Below are positions 63,848 to 64,000 of a stretch of DNA of 64,000 nt, piece by piece. How positions within the stretch are numbered: the first letter of the stretch is position 1; every line of letters begins with the position of its first letter. The translations under genes were made by a program, and so were the position numbers. The stretch is from contig NC_135761.1 of NCBI RefSeq assembly GCF_052425735.1, positions 11,656,001 through 11,720,000 of the forward strand, given 5' to 3'. Below the pieces are notes generated by a model that saw only the letters and a program-made list of their open reading frames with translations, searched no databases and was not told where the DNA came from. This DNA is from Oculina patagonica (taxonomy: Eukaryota).

Positions 63848-64000
63848 CTGAAAAATTAGATTAAAAACTTGTAAACTGTGAATCCTGATTGTTTGACATT
63901 CGATGGTTACGAGTAAATGAGATTTCAGTTCCCATTAGATCAGGTTTCAGCAACATACTGTCACCATCGTTATTTCGTTTTTTATTCGTATACAGAAAAA

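Overview
AT-rich, intron-containing eukaryotic DNA. It is probably from a stony coral or other anthozoan, an inference from the repeat types and gene style. The window is dominated by a head-to-tail, minus-strand array of nine paralogous three-exon genes (C1-C9). The array runs off the right edge, and the upstream flank of a further copy is visible at 1-266. Spliced, each gene encodes a ~685-aa type II membrane protein: short cytoplasmic tail, signal-anchor TM, coiled-coil neck, furin-type site (RQKR or RQER), 25 Gly-X-Y collagen triplets, three Ig domains and a C-terminal Caspr/neurexin-IV-type fibrinogen-like domain. In that last domain an almost invariant framework carries four hypervariable Tyr/Gly/Ser/Trp-rich patches that are shuffled between paralogues. 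This looks like a diversifying, sheddable, trimeric recognition-receptor family. C3, C7 and C8 appear intact, and C9 is intact as far as it is visible. C1, C2, C4, C5 and C6 carry lesions. Between C4 and C5 lies a plus-strand LPCAT-like gene that keeps exon 1 and the EF-hand exons but has no catalytic-domain exons. Introns and spacers are packed with transposons: L1/Tx1-like, RTE, CR1/L2 fragments, Academ-like, Kolobok-like, many MITEs, tRNA-derived SINEs, and a Penelope-type fragment with a minimal hammerhead ribozyme. All calls are by eye; no database searches were run.
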